Shown here: piece by piece, positions 52,600 to 64,000 of the stretch
Layout: each line of letters starts with the position of its first letter
Numbering within the stretch: the stretch's first letter is position 1
Origin: Eledone cirrhosa
Taxonomy: Eukaryota
Assembly (NCBI GenBank): GCA_964016885.1
Contig: OZ024740.1
Location: forward strand, 220,100,001-220,164,000
Length of the DNA: 64,000 bases
Direction of reading: 5' to 3'
Made by a program: the position numbers and the translations under genes
The notes under the pieces: generated by a model
Databases searched by the model: none
Told to the model about the DNA's origin: nothing
What the model saw: only the letters and a program-made list of their open reading frames with translations

Positions 52600-53000
52600 T
52601 ACACTCCCAGCCCAGGCTGTCAAAAACCTGTCACCCAAAAACTGAGTGGCTTGATACTGAGAATTTTTATGAGAGACCCGACAGTCTTGTTAGCTCTCTG
52701 GAAATCCCTTATTCTGAGTAAGTTGTACTATTGCTCACAACTTTGATTTCCTCGTAGTCTATGCTTTACCTCTCAACTGAAGAAATTTCAAAAAGAATTC
52801 TGAAAGTAAATAACTAAAGTCAGAAACCTGAACTAACAGGAATACTCTACATATTATGCCTCTAGTTTCTAGAATGTCAACAGGAATGATCTACCATTAT
52901 ATATATATGATATAGTTAAAAAAATAGTAAACAAAAAGAATATAAGGTACTGTCACATTCCAACAAATTACTATACCAAGCAATAATTTGGCATTTAAAG
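52600..53000 (+). mobile_element. Degenerate CR1/Jockey-group LINE fragment
   Basis: One frame reads LILRIFMRDPTVLLALWKSLILSKLYYCSQL*, matching the post-RT K.L....L.YCS motif. Confidence 0.6.
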
Positions 53001-53649
53001 GTCCACAGTTATATAACTGCCTCCCAAAATGTTTACAAAATGTAACCCCTAGTTTTTCATGAGACTTGTTTTAAAAAGTACTTAGAAGAGTTTCTTTCTA
53101 ACATACTAGATGATCCATTTGCAAAAGGCTACAACCAGAGCAGAACATTAACAAAAGATGCTGAATATTCAGAAAAACACAACAAAAAAATTAGGCTCTT
53201 AGATATACATAGAATTGACACAGAAAAATAAACTAAAGAACTTAAAAAAAAAAACATAAAGAAAGCACAGATAAGTATGTAAGAACCATATATAAACTTA
53301 TTCTATTGTAGCCATCATTTATTACTGTACATTAATTTGTCAATATATTGAGTTCGATAAATCTGAAACAAGGTTTCTCAAAGTGGGTTCTGCAAAAAAG
53401 ATTCTGAGATTCTGAAAGATGAGGTGTTTTTTTTTTCATAAAATTTGAGATATATTTATTAAGCTTCTTTTTATTATATACGAATAAATTTCCTTTTTAA
53501 AACAATTTTTGTTTCATTTAATGTCTTGTAGAAATTTTCCATAGTTATAGATCCTGTGATTTTAAAAAAAAATTGTATACGGATTCGATGAGAATAATTT
53601 TGAAAACCACTCCCCTAGAATACTTGTTTTCTTTTTCTTTGCCCACTTA

Positions 53650-54380
53650 TTCCTGAGAGGATCATGGGAGCAGAGTCCTCAAACACTACTTGCAGTGGGT
53701 CCTATCAGAAGCAACTGTATCCAACTGATCTGGCTGGATCCCCTAGTGAGACCAGCCAAGTTGATGAATGCTATCCAACCATCTTGCTCGGGGTCTACCC
53801 CTGGGTTTCCTGCTGGTTGGTTTTGCCAGTAAAATCTGTCTAGCGATACTTTCCTGAGACATTCTAATCACATGTCCATAATATCGAAGCTGTGATCTCT
53901 CAATTCAGAGAAGTAGTGGCTCTACCTGGAGTGACTCTCTGATATCTAATTTCCTCTATTGAGTAACATTACTCCAAAGACCCTTTAGAGAAACCCTATT
54001 TAGGCCACTTGTATTCACAATCGTATTCTTTCGGTCATTACCCAAGATTTATCACCATAGGTAAGGGTTGGCATGAATACTGAATTGAATTTAGCAAGTT
54101 CAGCTTTTACACCTACCTCCCTTCTGATTACCGAATGCTGAAGCTGGCACATTACTGCACCAGCTCCAGCAATTCTTGTACTTAATTCAGTCTCTTGCTT
54201 TCCAGCACTCGTGAACACAGCCTGAGATACTTGAACTTATCCACCTGCTTCAGTGGAACTCCATTCACATGTAGAGTGCACTGTGCAGGCTTCCTTGAGA
54301 AGATGAATGTGTTAGGTTTTTGCAGCACTGATTTTCATTCTAGCCATGCAGCACTCGGCATTAAACCTATCAAGTGTAAG
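53650..54380 (-). mobile_element. Degenerate LINE of a second RTE lineage (Rex3/Expander-like C-terminus)
   Basis: ORF 54015-54218 RIAGAGAVM..FMPTLTYGDKSWVMTERIR, followed downstream by GRPRARWLD; related shorter 3' copy at ~24310-24640. Confidence 0.7.
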
Positions 54381-55904
54381 TCTCTGTACTATATAATAAT
54401 GTTGTAAGGTATTTTCTACCAATAAAGAAAGAATTATGGTTTAAACTATAATTAAATCCTTCTGCCTATTTTTTTACAAGTTGCAATTAATTTTTGATAT
54501 CCAGTCATAATTTAGCAGAAAATATCTGAAAACATTTATTAGCTAATGGACAGATTGTTGTTAAAATTTATAGTAAATTATAGTAAAACATTTAATTTTT
54601 AATGTGATGCAGTCATAGTGCTACTTTGTATATTTCAAGAATGTCTTGCTAATGTGGTTTTATGTGGTATAGGATGTTAAAAGTTAATTAACACACAATC
54701 TATTCAGCCTATTTCCAATTTTACCTCCTACAACATATAACGGGGGGGGGGGGGGGGGGGCTTTGTTACTGTTTAGTCAAGGAAGGACAGTGTACATAAC
54801 CCTTTTCTTGGGGCCTCCAAGACTGGTGAATGAGAGAGAGGAAAGTATCTTCAAACTTACAACCAACTGGACTTTTCTAAAAGCAACCACAGGTCAGGTA
54901 GTGGTGTTTGGATAAAGTCTACTACTCTACCCAAATAGGCTTTAGTGGGATTTGAACACAGAATACAAAGAACCAAAATAAATACTGCAAGGCATCTCGT
55001 CCAAAGCTGTCACAATTCTGCTAATCTATATTAGAAACACTCTTGTGAATTTGATCAATGAGAAAGAACACCAGCTCAGATGTGACAACAGTATTCCATA
55101 CAAGAGCAAATAAGATATGTGTGTGTGTGTGTATGTATATGTACACATACATAAATATACTCATCATTTTTATATATACAGATATAGATAGAGATAGGTA
55201 AAATTCCAACACAAGCCAAAACCACCTTGTACTACATTCAGGATTTTACCTATCTTTACACCCATTCTGCATCTCTCCATGCATCGAGTACTCCCATGAT
55301 TAGTGGTTTTCCCGGTCTCAGCACTGCAGACTTTCTATATAGATATATGTAAGCATGATGAGATAGACTTATTGAATGGGAAAGATGGATCAGACTTGGT
55401 GACAATATCTAAAGCGCAGTGTGCTTGAAAGAAGTTCTGGGAACAGAATAGCCTGCTTATGAGGAGGGGTACGGGTGCTGAAACTGAAGGGAAAGGTATA
55501 CACTACATATGTGGCAAGTGCCATGGCATATGGGAGCAAAATATGGGTGACAAACACAGAGCAGCAGAGAAGGACGGAAATAACAAATAAGAATAGTTCA
55601 GTATATGAAAGGGAGGAAAACAAACAATGAATTACAGAAAATGATAATATAGCCAGTGATGAATGTTGCAAAAAGAAATATATATGTATGTGTGTGATCA
55701 TCCTTATCATCATCATTTAACATCTATTTTCCCTGCCAGCAAAGGTTAGCTAGGTCTTCGTAGACCAAGTCAGTACTCTAGCATGGCTACTGGCCTCCCA
55801 GATGGACTGGAGGCCTGCATCTCTTTCTATATAAATATATGAGAATGTATCTTCTAAGTAAGAAAAATAGCTAGTGCATATTCAAATGAAACATTTCTGG
55901 TATA

Positions 55905-55949
<45 letters not shown>

Positions 55950-56142
55950 CTTTGATAGGTTTCGGCCAGTATTGGCCCAGGACATGTCTAACTTAATAGC
56001 ACCACCTGGCTAAATATATATATATGCCAGACTAAAACCATAAGTATTATTCTTAACATATAAAAAAGTAAATGATTCTTCAATTCATTATGAAAACATT
56101 TGATTGATGTCAGACGGACACAATATCTGTTGCTGCCTTTCA

Positions 56143-56840
<698 letters not shown>

Positions 56841-56928
56841 TATATATATATATATCATCATCATCCTCATTATCATCATCATCGTTTAACGTCTATCATA
56901 TATATGTATGTATGTAAGTATATATATA

Positions 56929-59900
56929 TCATCATCATCATCATCATCATCAACGTTTAACGTCCGTGTTCCACGCTTGCATGGGTTTGGACGGGGGTAG
57001 TCCCACTTGAGGCAAGAGTGATTGTCTTGCTCGCATAGGACTGTCTGGCAGGTTTTCTACAGTTGGATGCCCTTCCTAACACCAACCACATTTACAGTGT
57101 GGGTCTGGGAGGTTTTTACAGTGTTGCCTACACGGCCACATTACAGCGTGGACTGTGTGTTTTTTTGTCGTGACACCTACACGATCTCATTTGTTTCGGC
57201 CTGGATGGCGCGGCACCAACATAACTTTACATAGAACGGGGTGGTGTGGATGGGGTGGGGGTGGTGGCGGGACGGGGTGTATTTTGTTAGAGATGCCTAC
57301 TGGCAAGGCGGGTCTTCTCTGTTACTGAGTACCGCCAAAGGTCACGGTCCAGTGACATTGTCTTGGAGAGGTGTAAGTGTGTGAGGTCGGAGTTTATCAG
57401 CTCATCCCATGTTTTTCTAGGTCTGCCTATTCCGTGGCTACCGTCTATCTTTATTGCCCTGCACTTTGTAATACAGCTATCGACTTTCATGCGCATCACG
57501 TGTCCATACCAACGCAGCCTTCTCTCGAGTAAACAACATCTGATCCCTCTTATCTCTAATTTTTTCCTTAGTTCGTTTATGCTTTGCCGTTCACGTATAT
57601 TACTGTTACACATCCAGCGGAGCATGCAAGCTTCGTTCCTCTCTAGTCTGCGTATATCCTCTGCACACAATGCCCAGGTCTCACTACCATGCAACATTGC
57701 TGTTCGTATGCAGGCATCGTACAACCTGCCTTTCATTTTTAGGGAGAACCCTTTAGCAGCTAATAGTGGTATAAGCTCTCTGAACTTTTTCCAACCAGTT
57801 CTGACTCTAGCTACAGTACTTTCAGAGCACCCTCCCCCACTGCTGATTTTATCGCCCAGGTAACGGAAGCTGTCCACTATTTCTATAGAGCCCTCTGCGC
57901 AATTGAAAGAGCTAGTATTTTGTGGGCACTTGCTGCTACTTATTGCACCAGAACACCGGCCACATGTAAAGTCTATGTTCTTAGTTAGCTTACCTGTGAT
58001 CCCACTACATCTTTTATGCACCCATACTTTGCATTTAGGACATAAGATGGAGTTTCTACCTACGCCTTTCCTACATACCGAGCACGACCATTTCCCAGAA
58101 GGGACCGCCGCCTTGTTTTCTTTCCTACAAACTAGAACTTTGGTCTTAGCCAGGTTAATTTTAAGTCCTTTTGACTCTAGGCCGTGCTTCCATGTTTGGA
58201 ATTTCTTCTCTAGCTCGGCCATTGATTCCGCTATGAGTGTCAGGTCGTCTGCGTATAGGAGTTCCCATGGGCAGCCTGTCTTGAACTCCTCTGTTATAGC
58301 CTGAAGGGCAATAATAAATAGTAGGGGGCTGAGAACAGAGCCCTGATGGACGCCAACTTTTACGCTAAACTCTTCACTATATTCGTTGTTAATTCTAACC
58401 TTGCTGACTGTTTCTTTATACATGGCTTGTATAGCCCTCACAAGCCATTCGTCAACGCCTAGTTTTCTAAGAGCCCACCAGATAATGGAGCGGGGGACTC
58501 TGTCGAAGGCTTTCTCCAGGTCGACAAAAGCTAAGTAGAGGGGTTTACCTTTAGCTAGGTACTTCTCCTGTAGTTGTCGTACTATGAAAAGAGCGTCTGT
58601 GGTGCTTTTGCCTGACACAAACCCGAACTGCATTTCATCTAGATCAATTCTCTCTCTGATTAGTTGCGCTATTACTTTTTCCGTGACCTTCATGACCTGG
58701 TCGATTAATTTAATGCCTCTATAGTTACTCCTATCTAGGGCGTCTCCTTTACCCTTATAACAGTTAACGATGATGCTGCTATGCCAGTCCTTCGGAACAA
58801 CCCCATTCTGTACGACTTGGTTAACTATGCGGGTGACCATGGTGTGTCCCACCGTGCCAGATGCCTTCAGCATCTCAGCAACTATTTCCGAAGGCCCAGC
58901 CGCCTTACCAGTCTTCATATCCTTGATTGCCTTACTTATTATACTCCCCTCGACTAACACTGCTGGTCCCTCTATCGGGTCGATATGGGGGAGACTGTCT
59001 TTCTCCCATTTATTCTCCTCATTTAGTAGCCTTTCATAGTAACACTTCCAAGCTACCTTCTTATCAGTGTCGGTGATGGAAAGTATGCCATCATCGTTAA
59101 GTACACACTTCTCCCCGACAATATCACGGTTTTCCTTGACGCATTGCCTGGCAATCCTGAACACCTCACGTTTTTGGTCATCGCGTTGTAGAACATGCTT
59201 GAACTTTCTTTCCTCAGCTTCCCTTCTTGCTAAGTACACTTCTCTCCTAGCTTCCCTCCTGGCCACTTGATAGTCTACTCTACTTCCCCCATCCCGCCAT
59301 ACTTTCCAAGCCTGCTTTTTGGCCTTAATTGACCCCTCCACCCTACTGTTCCACCACCATGTTACTCTCCTCCTGCCTACAGGCCTGCTCCAGCCACAGA
59401 CTTCGTCTGTCGCCAACAGCAGGTTTGCTTTCAGAAATTCCCACTGTCCCTCTATATTGTCCGATTCTAGATGCTCTTCCTTACTGTCGAAAGCATCAAG
59501 TAATATGCTTTGAAATTTATTTCTGGCTGTGGGGTCCTTTAGTTTCCATATTTTCCTCCTGAGGATAGTCCTCTTCTGCTGTCGAGTACGTCTCGTCCTG
59601 ACTATGAGGTCGCTAATTATCAGTCTATGTTGGGAGGTGAATTCTTCATGGGGGAGGGATTTAGTGTTTACAACAGACACTCTGTCACGTCTTCTGGTAA
59701 GGATATAATCTACCTGGCTTGTGTGTTCCCCGGATCTATAGGTGATCAGGTGATTGTCACGTTTTTTGAAGTTAGTGTTACAGATAGTTAGGTTATTTGC
59801 ATCACAGTATTCCAGGATTCTGGAGCCTTCCTCATTTCTAGTACCAAACCCATAGCCTCCATGGATTTCGTCGTAGCCGTCACAATGTTGTCCAACGTGA

Positions 59901-60750
59901 CCATTTAGGTCGCCTGCAATAATTATATAGTCACTGTCAGATATTTGGGAGGTAGTTAGCAACAGTGTCTCATAGAATCTGTCTTTTATAGTGCCGGGCA
60001 GTCCGGATTGGGGTGCGTACGCAGATATTACTGTCACCGTAGTTCTATTGAGGACAAGTCTTATTTTAATTATTCTGTCGTTCACTCTATTTACGTCTAT
60101 TATCTTATCTGCCCTCTTTTCTGCTACCATGATTCCTACTCCACCCAGCCCATCGTCGTTTCCCACCCAGAAAAGCTTATAACATCGTTTTTTACCCTCA
60201 ATGAATCTAGCAGACCCACCCCTCCACCTGGTCTCTTGAATACAACAAACATCGACCTCCTTACGTTCAAGCATTTCTACAACCTCGTTAGCGCGACCCT
60301 TTAGGGTGCCTACATTTATGGTACCAACTCTGAAGTTTTGGGTTGCGTTTGGAGGGTGGGGGTGGTGGGGGGCGGGAGGAGATAGGGTTATGTTAGCCAT
60401 CCGCGGACGAAACAAAGAGGAGTGCTCGCATTTTCGTCCACGAGGTGAATTTGACTTTAACTTTGGCATTTTCACTCTGAGCGTCCAGATTTTTCTCTCC
60501 CTTCCACTCTCCAGGATTCCGCAGTCCGTCCGTCCGTCCATCCATCCATCCATCATATATCGAAGGCAACCGGGCAAGCGATAGTATAGGCCTCTGGCTT
60601 ATGATTTGGTCCGCGTAATAATAATAATGGTGATGCGTGGGGGTGGGGGGGCTCTGGCTTATAATAATGATGGTGATGCATGGGGGGGGCTCTGGCTTAT
60701 GATTGGTCCACGTATTAAGTATGGTGGCGGGAGGGAGGGGTGTGGGGTAG
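56929..60750 (-). mobile_element. Near full-length RTE LINE with ~350-nt 3'UTR ending in (TGA)n tail
   Basis: ORF above plus 3'UTR ending ...CCCATGCAAGCGTGGAACACGGACGTTAAACGT(TGA)n on the minus strand; GC-rich 5' region 60580-60750; true 5' end and TSD not resolved. Confidence 0.9.
57287..60556 (-). CDS. RTE-clade non-LTR retrotransposon ORF: APE endonuclease + reverse transcriptase with embedded PHD-type zinc finger
   Basis: Uninterrupted ~1090-codon frame. EN motifs TINVGTL, CIQETRW, SAYAP, IAGDLNGHVG, VDYIL, SQHRL. RT motifs QFGF, FVDLEKAFD, GVHQGSVLSPLLF, YADD, FRYLG. RTE-type C-terminus RRLRWYGHV..GRPRKTW. First ATG at 60556; alternative ATG at 60469. Confidence 0.95.
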   Translation of the reverse strand: MMDGWMDGRTDCGILESGRERKIWTLRVKMPKLKSNSPRGRKCEHSSLFRPRMANITLSPPAPHHPHPPNATQNFRVGTINVGTLKGRANEVVEMLERKEVDVCCIQETRWRGGSARFIEGKKRCYKLFWVGNDDGLGGVGIMVAEKRADKIIDVNRVNDRIIKIRLVLNRTTVTVISAYAPQSGLPGTIKDRFYETLLLTTSQISDSDYIIIAGDLNGHVGQHCDGYDEIHGGYGFGTRNEEGSRILEYCDANNLTICNTNFKKRDNHLITYRSGEHTSQVDYILTRRRDRVSVVNTKSLPHEEFTSQHRLIISDLIVRTRRTRQQKRTILRRKIWKLKDPTARNKFQSILLDAFDSKEEHLESDNIEGQWEFLKANLLLATDEVCGWSRPVGRRRVTWWWNSRVEGSIKAKKQAWKVWRDGGSRVDYQVARREARREVYLARREAEERKFKHVLQRDDQKREVFRIARQCVKENRDIVGEKCVLNDDGILSITDTDKKVAWKCYYERLLNEENKWEKDSLPHIDPIEGPAVLVEGSIISKAIKDMKTGKAAGPSEIVAEMLKASGTVGHTMVTRIVNQVVQNGVVPKDWHSSIIVNCYKGKGDALDRSNYRGIKLIDQVMKVTEKVIAQLIRERIDLDEMQFGFVSGKSTTDALFIVRQLQEKYLAKGKPLYLAFVDLEKAFDRVPRSIIWWALRKLGVDEWLVRAIQAMYKETVSKVRINNEYSEEFSVKVGVHQGSVLSPLLFIIALQAITEEFKTGCPWELLYADDLTLIAESMAELEKKFQTWKHGLESKGLKINLAKTKVLVCRKENKAAVPSGKWSCSVCRKGVGRNSILCPKCKVWVHKRCSGITGKLTKNIDFTCGRCSGAISSSKCPQNTSSFNCAEGSIEIVDSFRYLGDKISSGGGCSESTVARVRTGWKKFRELIPLLAAKGFSLKMKGRLYDACIRTAMLHGSETWALCAEDIRRLERNEACMLRWMCNSNIRERQSINELRKKLEIRGIRCCLLERRLRWYGHVMRMKVDSCITKCRAIKIDGSHGIGRPRKTWDELINSDLTHLHLSKTMSLDRDLWRYSVTEKTRLASRHL

Positions 60751-60751
60751 C

Positions 60752-61148
60752 TAGCTGGAAGGTTATGAATGTTTAACAAGCGATTTAACAAAAAGCAAAA
60801 CTGCAAGATTTGTTCTGTTCAATACGACAAAAACACCGTATTTAAACCTTAAATAGATAACAAAAAATACAGATTTCGGATTTTGCGAGATTGGATGTTT
60901 GGACTATGTACGAAATTGAGCGTGGAATGGATAGAGAAAAATTTGTACTTAGCTGGAAGGTTATGAATGTTTAACAAGCGATTTAACAAAAAGCAAAACT
61001 GCAAGATTTGTTCTGTTCAATACGACAAAAACACCGTATTTAAACCTTAAATAGATAACAAAAAATACAGATTTCGGATTTTGCGAGATTGGATGTTTGG
61101 ACTATGTACGAAATTGAGCGTGGAATGGATAGAGAAAAATTTGTACTT
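60752..61148. repeat. Perfect 198-bp tandem duplication
   Basis: TAGCTGGAAGGTTATG...ATTTGTACT repeated at offset 198. Confidence 0.95.
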
Positions 61149-61235
61149 TACGATTTACATGAGTACACCATAGTAGAAATAATTGAAGCAGCGGTGGATT
61201 GGCGAAAGTGAATAAACATGAAGGAGAACTTATCT

Positions 61236-61266
<31 letters not shown>

Positions 61267-61624
61267 AGCTGAGAGAGAGATAGAGGGGAAGAAAGAGAGG
61301 GGGGGAAGGGGGAGAGATATTGTGGCTGACCGCAGCCCCTCGTGGAGTAGCAGGAGGGTGAAGGGGTGGAGCGGATTTTTGACTTTCAAACAAAGCTATT
61401 GATCACATATGCTCACGAGTTTAGCTACAGAATTATAAACATAGCATTGTAGAAACAGAAACTAAACAAATTGTCTTCGTTAAGTGTCATTAAGTGTGCA
61501 CGTGTGTGAGTGTGTTGTTTGTCTCTAAGGATTGATTGACCTAATTTTATAAGACATATTGTATTTCATGAGTGTATAAAATAGTAATAATTGTTTCTAC
61601 TTTTGGCACAAGAATAAATATATA

Positions 61625-62820
61625 TCATCATTTTAAGTCTGTCCCCTTTTTTTTTTCTTTTCTTTGTGCTTGCATGGGTTGAACAGACCTTCTATGGCAT
61701 AGCATCTTGCCAGTTGTTACAGCCATCTGTCATCATCTTCATGAAGTTCAGCCTCCTGAGGTCAACTTACAACACTTCTTCCCATGTCGTCCTTGGATTT
61801 CCTCTTCCACAAGTTCCTTCAACTTTGATTTTTAGGCACTTCTTTAACCAACTGTCATCCTTCACCAAGCACATTTCATGCCCTGTACCAGCTCAGTCTT
61901 CCCTCTTGCACACTACATTTGTGATTCCTCTAATACCCAATGTTTCTCTCATTTCATTTGTGTTCTGTCATCCATACACACTAACATTACACATCCAGCA
62001 GTGTACACTTACCTCACACACATTCCACACTCAATGCCAAAGTTTGCTACTATGCAACATTACACTTCCCACATAAGCATCATACCATCTGCTCTTCTCT
62101 TGAAGAATTTATTTGTTGCAAGCAGTGGTTAACAGATTCCTGAGCTTTACTTACACCCATTTTTATTCAAACTACAATGCTTTCAAAAGATCCACCCCAC
62201 CTCCCACTGCTAATTAGGTCAGCTAGGTAACAGAAGCTGTCATCTACTTCCAAGCAGTTGAAAGAATTTATTTTACAGGTGCTGTTACTGCTAACTACTC
62301 ATGAACATTTGCTACATGCAAGGTCTTCTTTCTGTCTACCCTTTGTACACCTAAAGTTTACATTGAGTACACCCAGTGCTTAGATGTGCTTAAGCAAAGG
62401 AGCATATTAGCCAGGAACGCTCATCTTCCTGCCAACAAAATTTTTACAATGAATTTTTTCAAATGTTTGGGGCCTCATAACTTAACTAGCACAGTCCCTC
62501 ATTTGTCCTCAATCAGGCACTGAGTTCACCATATGAAATTCCTATTTACTCTTTTTCTCCATAACAAATATAGCTGCCCCTAACTAAAACTTTGCTAAAT
62601 TGACTTTGATTTTGTCAACTGTAGGTTCTGCTTCTACAACTGGAATTTCTCCTCTAAGTATTCTACAGATTCAGCTATAAGAAATAGTTCATTGTCATAA
62701 AAGTGTTCCTATGAACTCCTCTGTTATAACCTGGAAACTATAATAAACAGTAGGGAGCTGAGAAGTGAGCCATGATGAACATCTACTTACATGTTACTGG
62801 CATCGATCACCATTTCTTAC
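61625..62820 (-). mobile_element. Old degenerate RTE-like LINE 3' portion
   Basis: Remnants of VHHGSLLSSLLFII, FCYL and RGNPRTTWEE on the minus strand plus CCCATGCAAGCA..ATGATGA tail. Confidence 0.7.
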
Positions 62821-62826
62821 CATAGC

Positions 62827-62883
<57 letters not shown>

Positions 62884-62995
62884 TATAGCTAGATCTATGT
62901 ATTTATGATGATGTAATCAAGCAAGCTATAGAAATATGTATTGTGATTTTTGCAATGTTAAAAGAATATCTGGAATCTGGCCTTCTGTTGTCTTT

Positions 62996-63064
<69 letters not shown>

Positions 63065-63196
63065 ATAATAATAAATTTGAAGACTAAAATTCAAAGAGGG
63101 CTCGATAAGGATAAATATATATCAAATATATAAGAACCCGTTAAGGGTGAAAGCAGCGATTCTTTGCTTAAACTTTAATCTGTTATTTTAATAAAT

Positions 63197-63263
<67 letters not shown>

Positions 63264-63792
63264 CTATTTGTACTATATATATATATAACTTTGATAGGGT
63301 TTGGCCAGTATTGGGCCAGGCCATACCTCTATCATCTCATCATCATTTGATGTCTACTTTTCTATGCTCCCATGTAATGGACGGTTCATCACAGACCAAA
63401 TCAGTACTTAATCAAAGCTACTGTCCTCCCAGATGAGCCAAGGATCACATCTCACATACATTCTAGTTTTGGCATGGTTTCTATAGCAGGATGCCCTTCC
63501 TAACACCAAGTATTTTACAGAGGGTACATAATACATTTTACAACAATACCAGAGAGAAGTGGGGTTGTCAGGTTGTTGACTTAACTAAAGGCCCTCCCTT
63601 CCATATGTAGTTGAATGTAGAGCAATTTATACAATTTATTGTGTCACCATCACTGGATGATGGGGGTATCATTGTTCCAAAGTGTGTGGGAAATGGAAGT
63701 ATTACTGTATGAGTAAGTAGAGAGGTATAGAGATGAAAAAGATAGTAATATGGAGTGATGGTGAAGGGGGAATGTCACATCCCTGCTACATG

Positions 63793-63872
<80 letters not shown>

Positions 63873-63931
63873 TATATATATATATATACACACATATATA
63901 TATGTAACTATACATATATATACACACATAC

Positions 63932-63962
<31 letters not shown>

Positions 63963-64000
63963 CACACATATATATATATAAATATACATATATATACATA

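Noticed and set aside
52599-52717. Apparent plus-strand exon with good acceptor, GTAAGT donor and an open frame
   Set aside because: Another frame gives a LINE post-RT motif (LWKSLILSKLYYCSQL) that continues through the donor, so a LINE remnant is the simpler explanation
57363-60584. Plus-strand ORFs overlapping the RTE
   Set aside because: Antisense shadows of the real ORF
61317-61375. Possible HDV-like ribozyme upstream of the RTE (CTCCACG plus GGCTG-CGGT-CAGCC hairpin, minus strand)
   Set aside because: P1 and P2 pairings and the J4/2 consensus could not be assembled

Overview
AT-rich, microsatellite-dense animal genomic DNA. The repeat families resemble those of octopus/coleoid cephalopods (inference). 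The window is almost entirely non-coding. Most ORFs in the supplied track are artefacts of (TA)n/(CA)n/(GA)n tracts or SINE sequence. The only long real ORF is an uninterrupted RTE-clade LINE on the minus strand (57287-60556: AP endonuclease + reverse transcriptase with a PHD-type C4HC3 finger inside the RT). Also present: truncated RTE, CR1-like, R4/Dong-like and CRE-like remnants; several tRNA-SINE families; non-autonomous Helitrons including a head-to-tail dimer; hAT/piggyBac/pogo MITEs; a ~1.9 kb tandem duplication; a 200-N gap; and probable 5' exons of an unidentified minus-strand host gene (start exon 5127-5345). The most notable hidden pattern is a dispersed set of short inserts sitting in (TA)n tracts. 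They carry minimal type-I hammerhead-ribozyme cores or half-cores with palindromic stem III, often inside long fold-back inverted repeats, consistent with Penelope-like element termini. Boundaries of old repeats were read by eye and are approximate.
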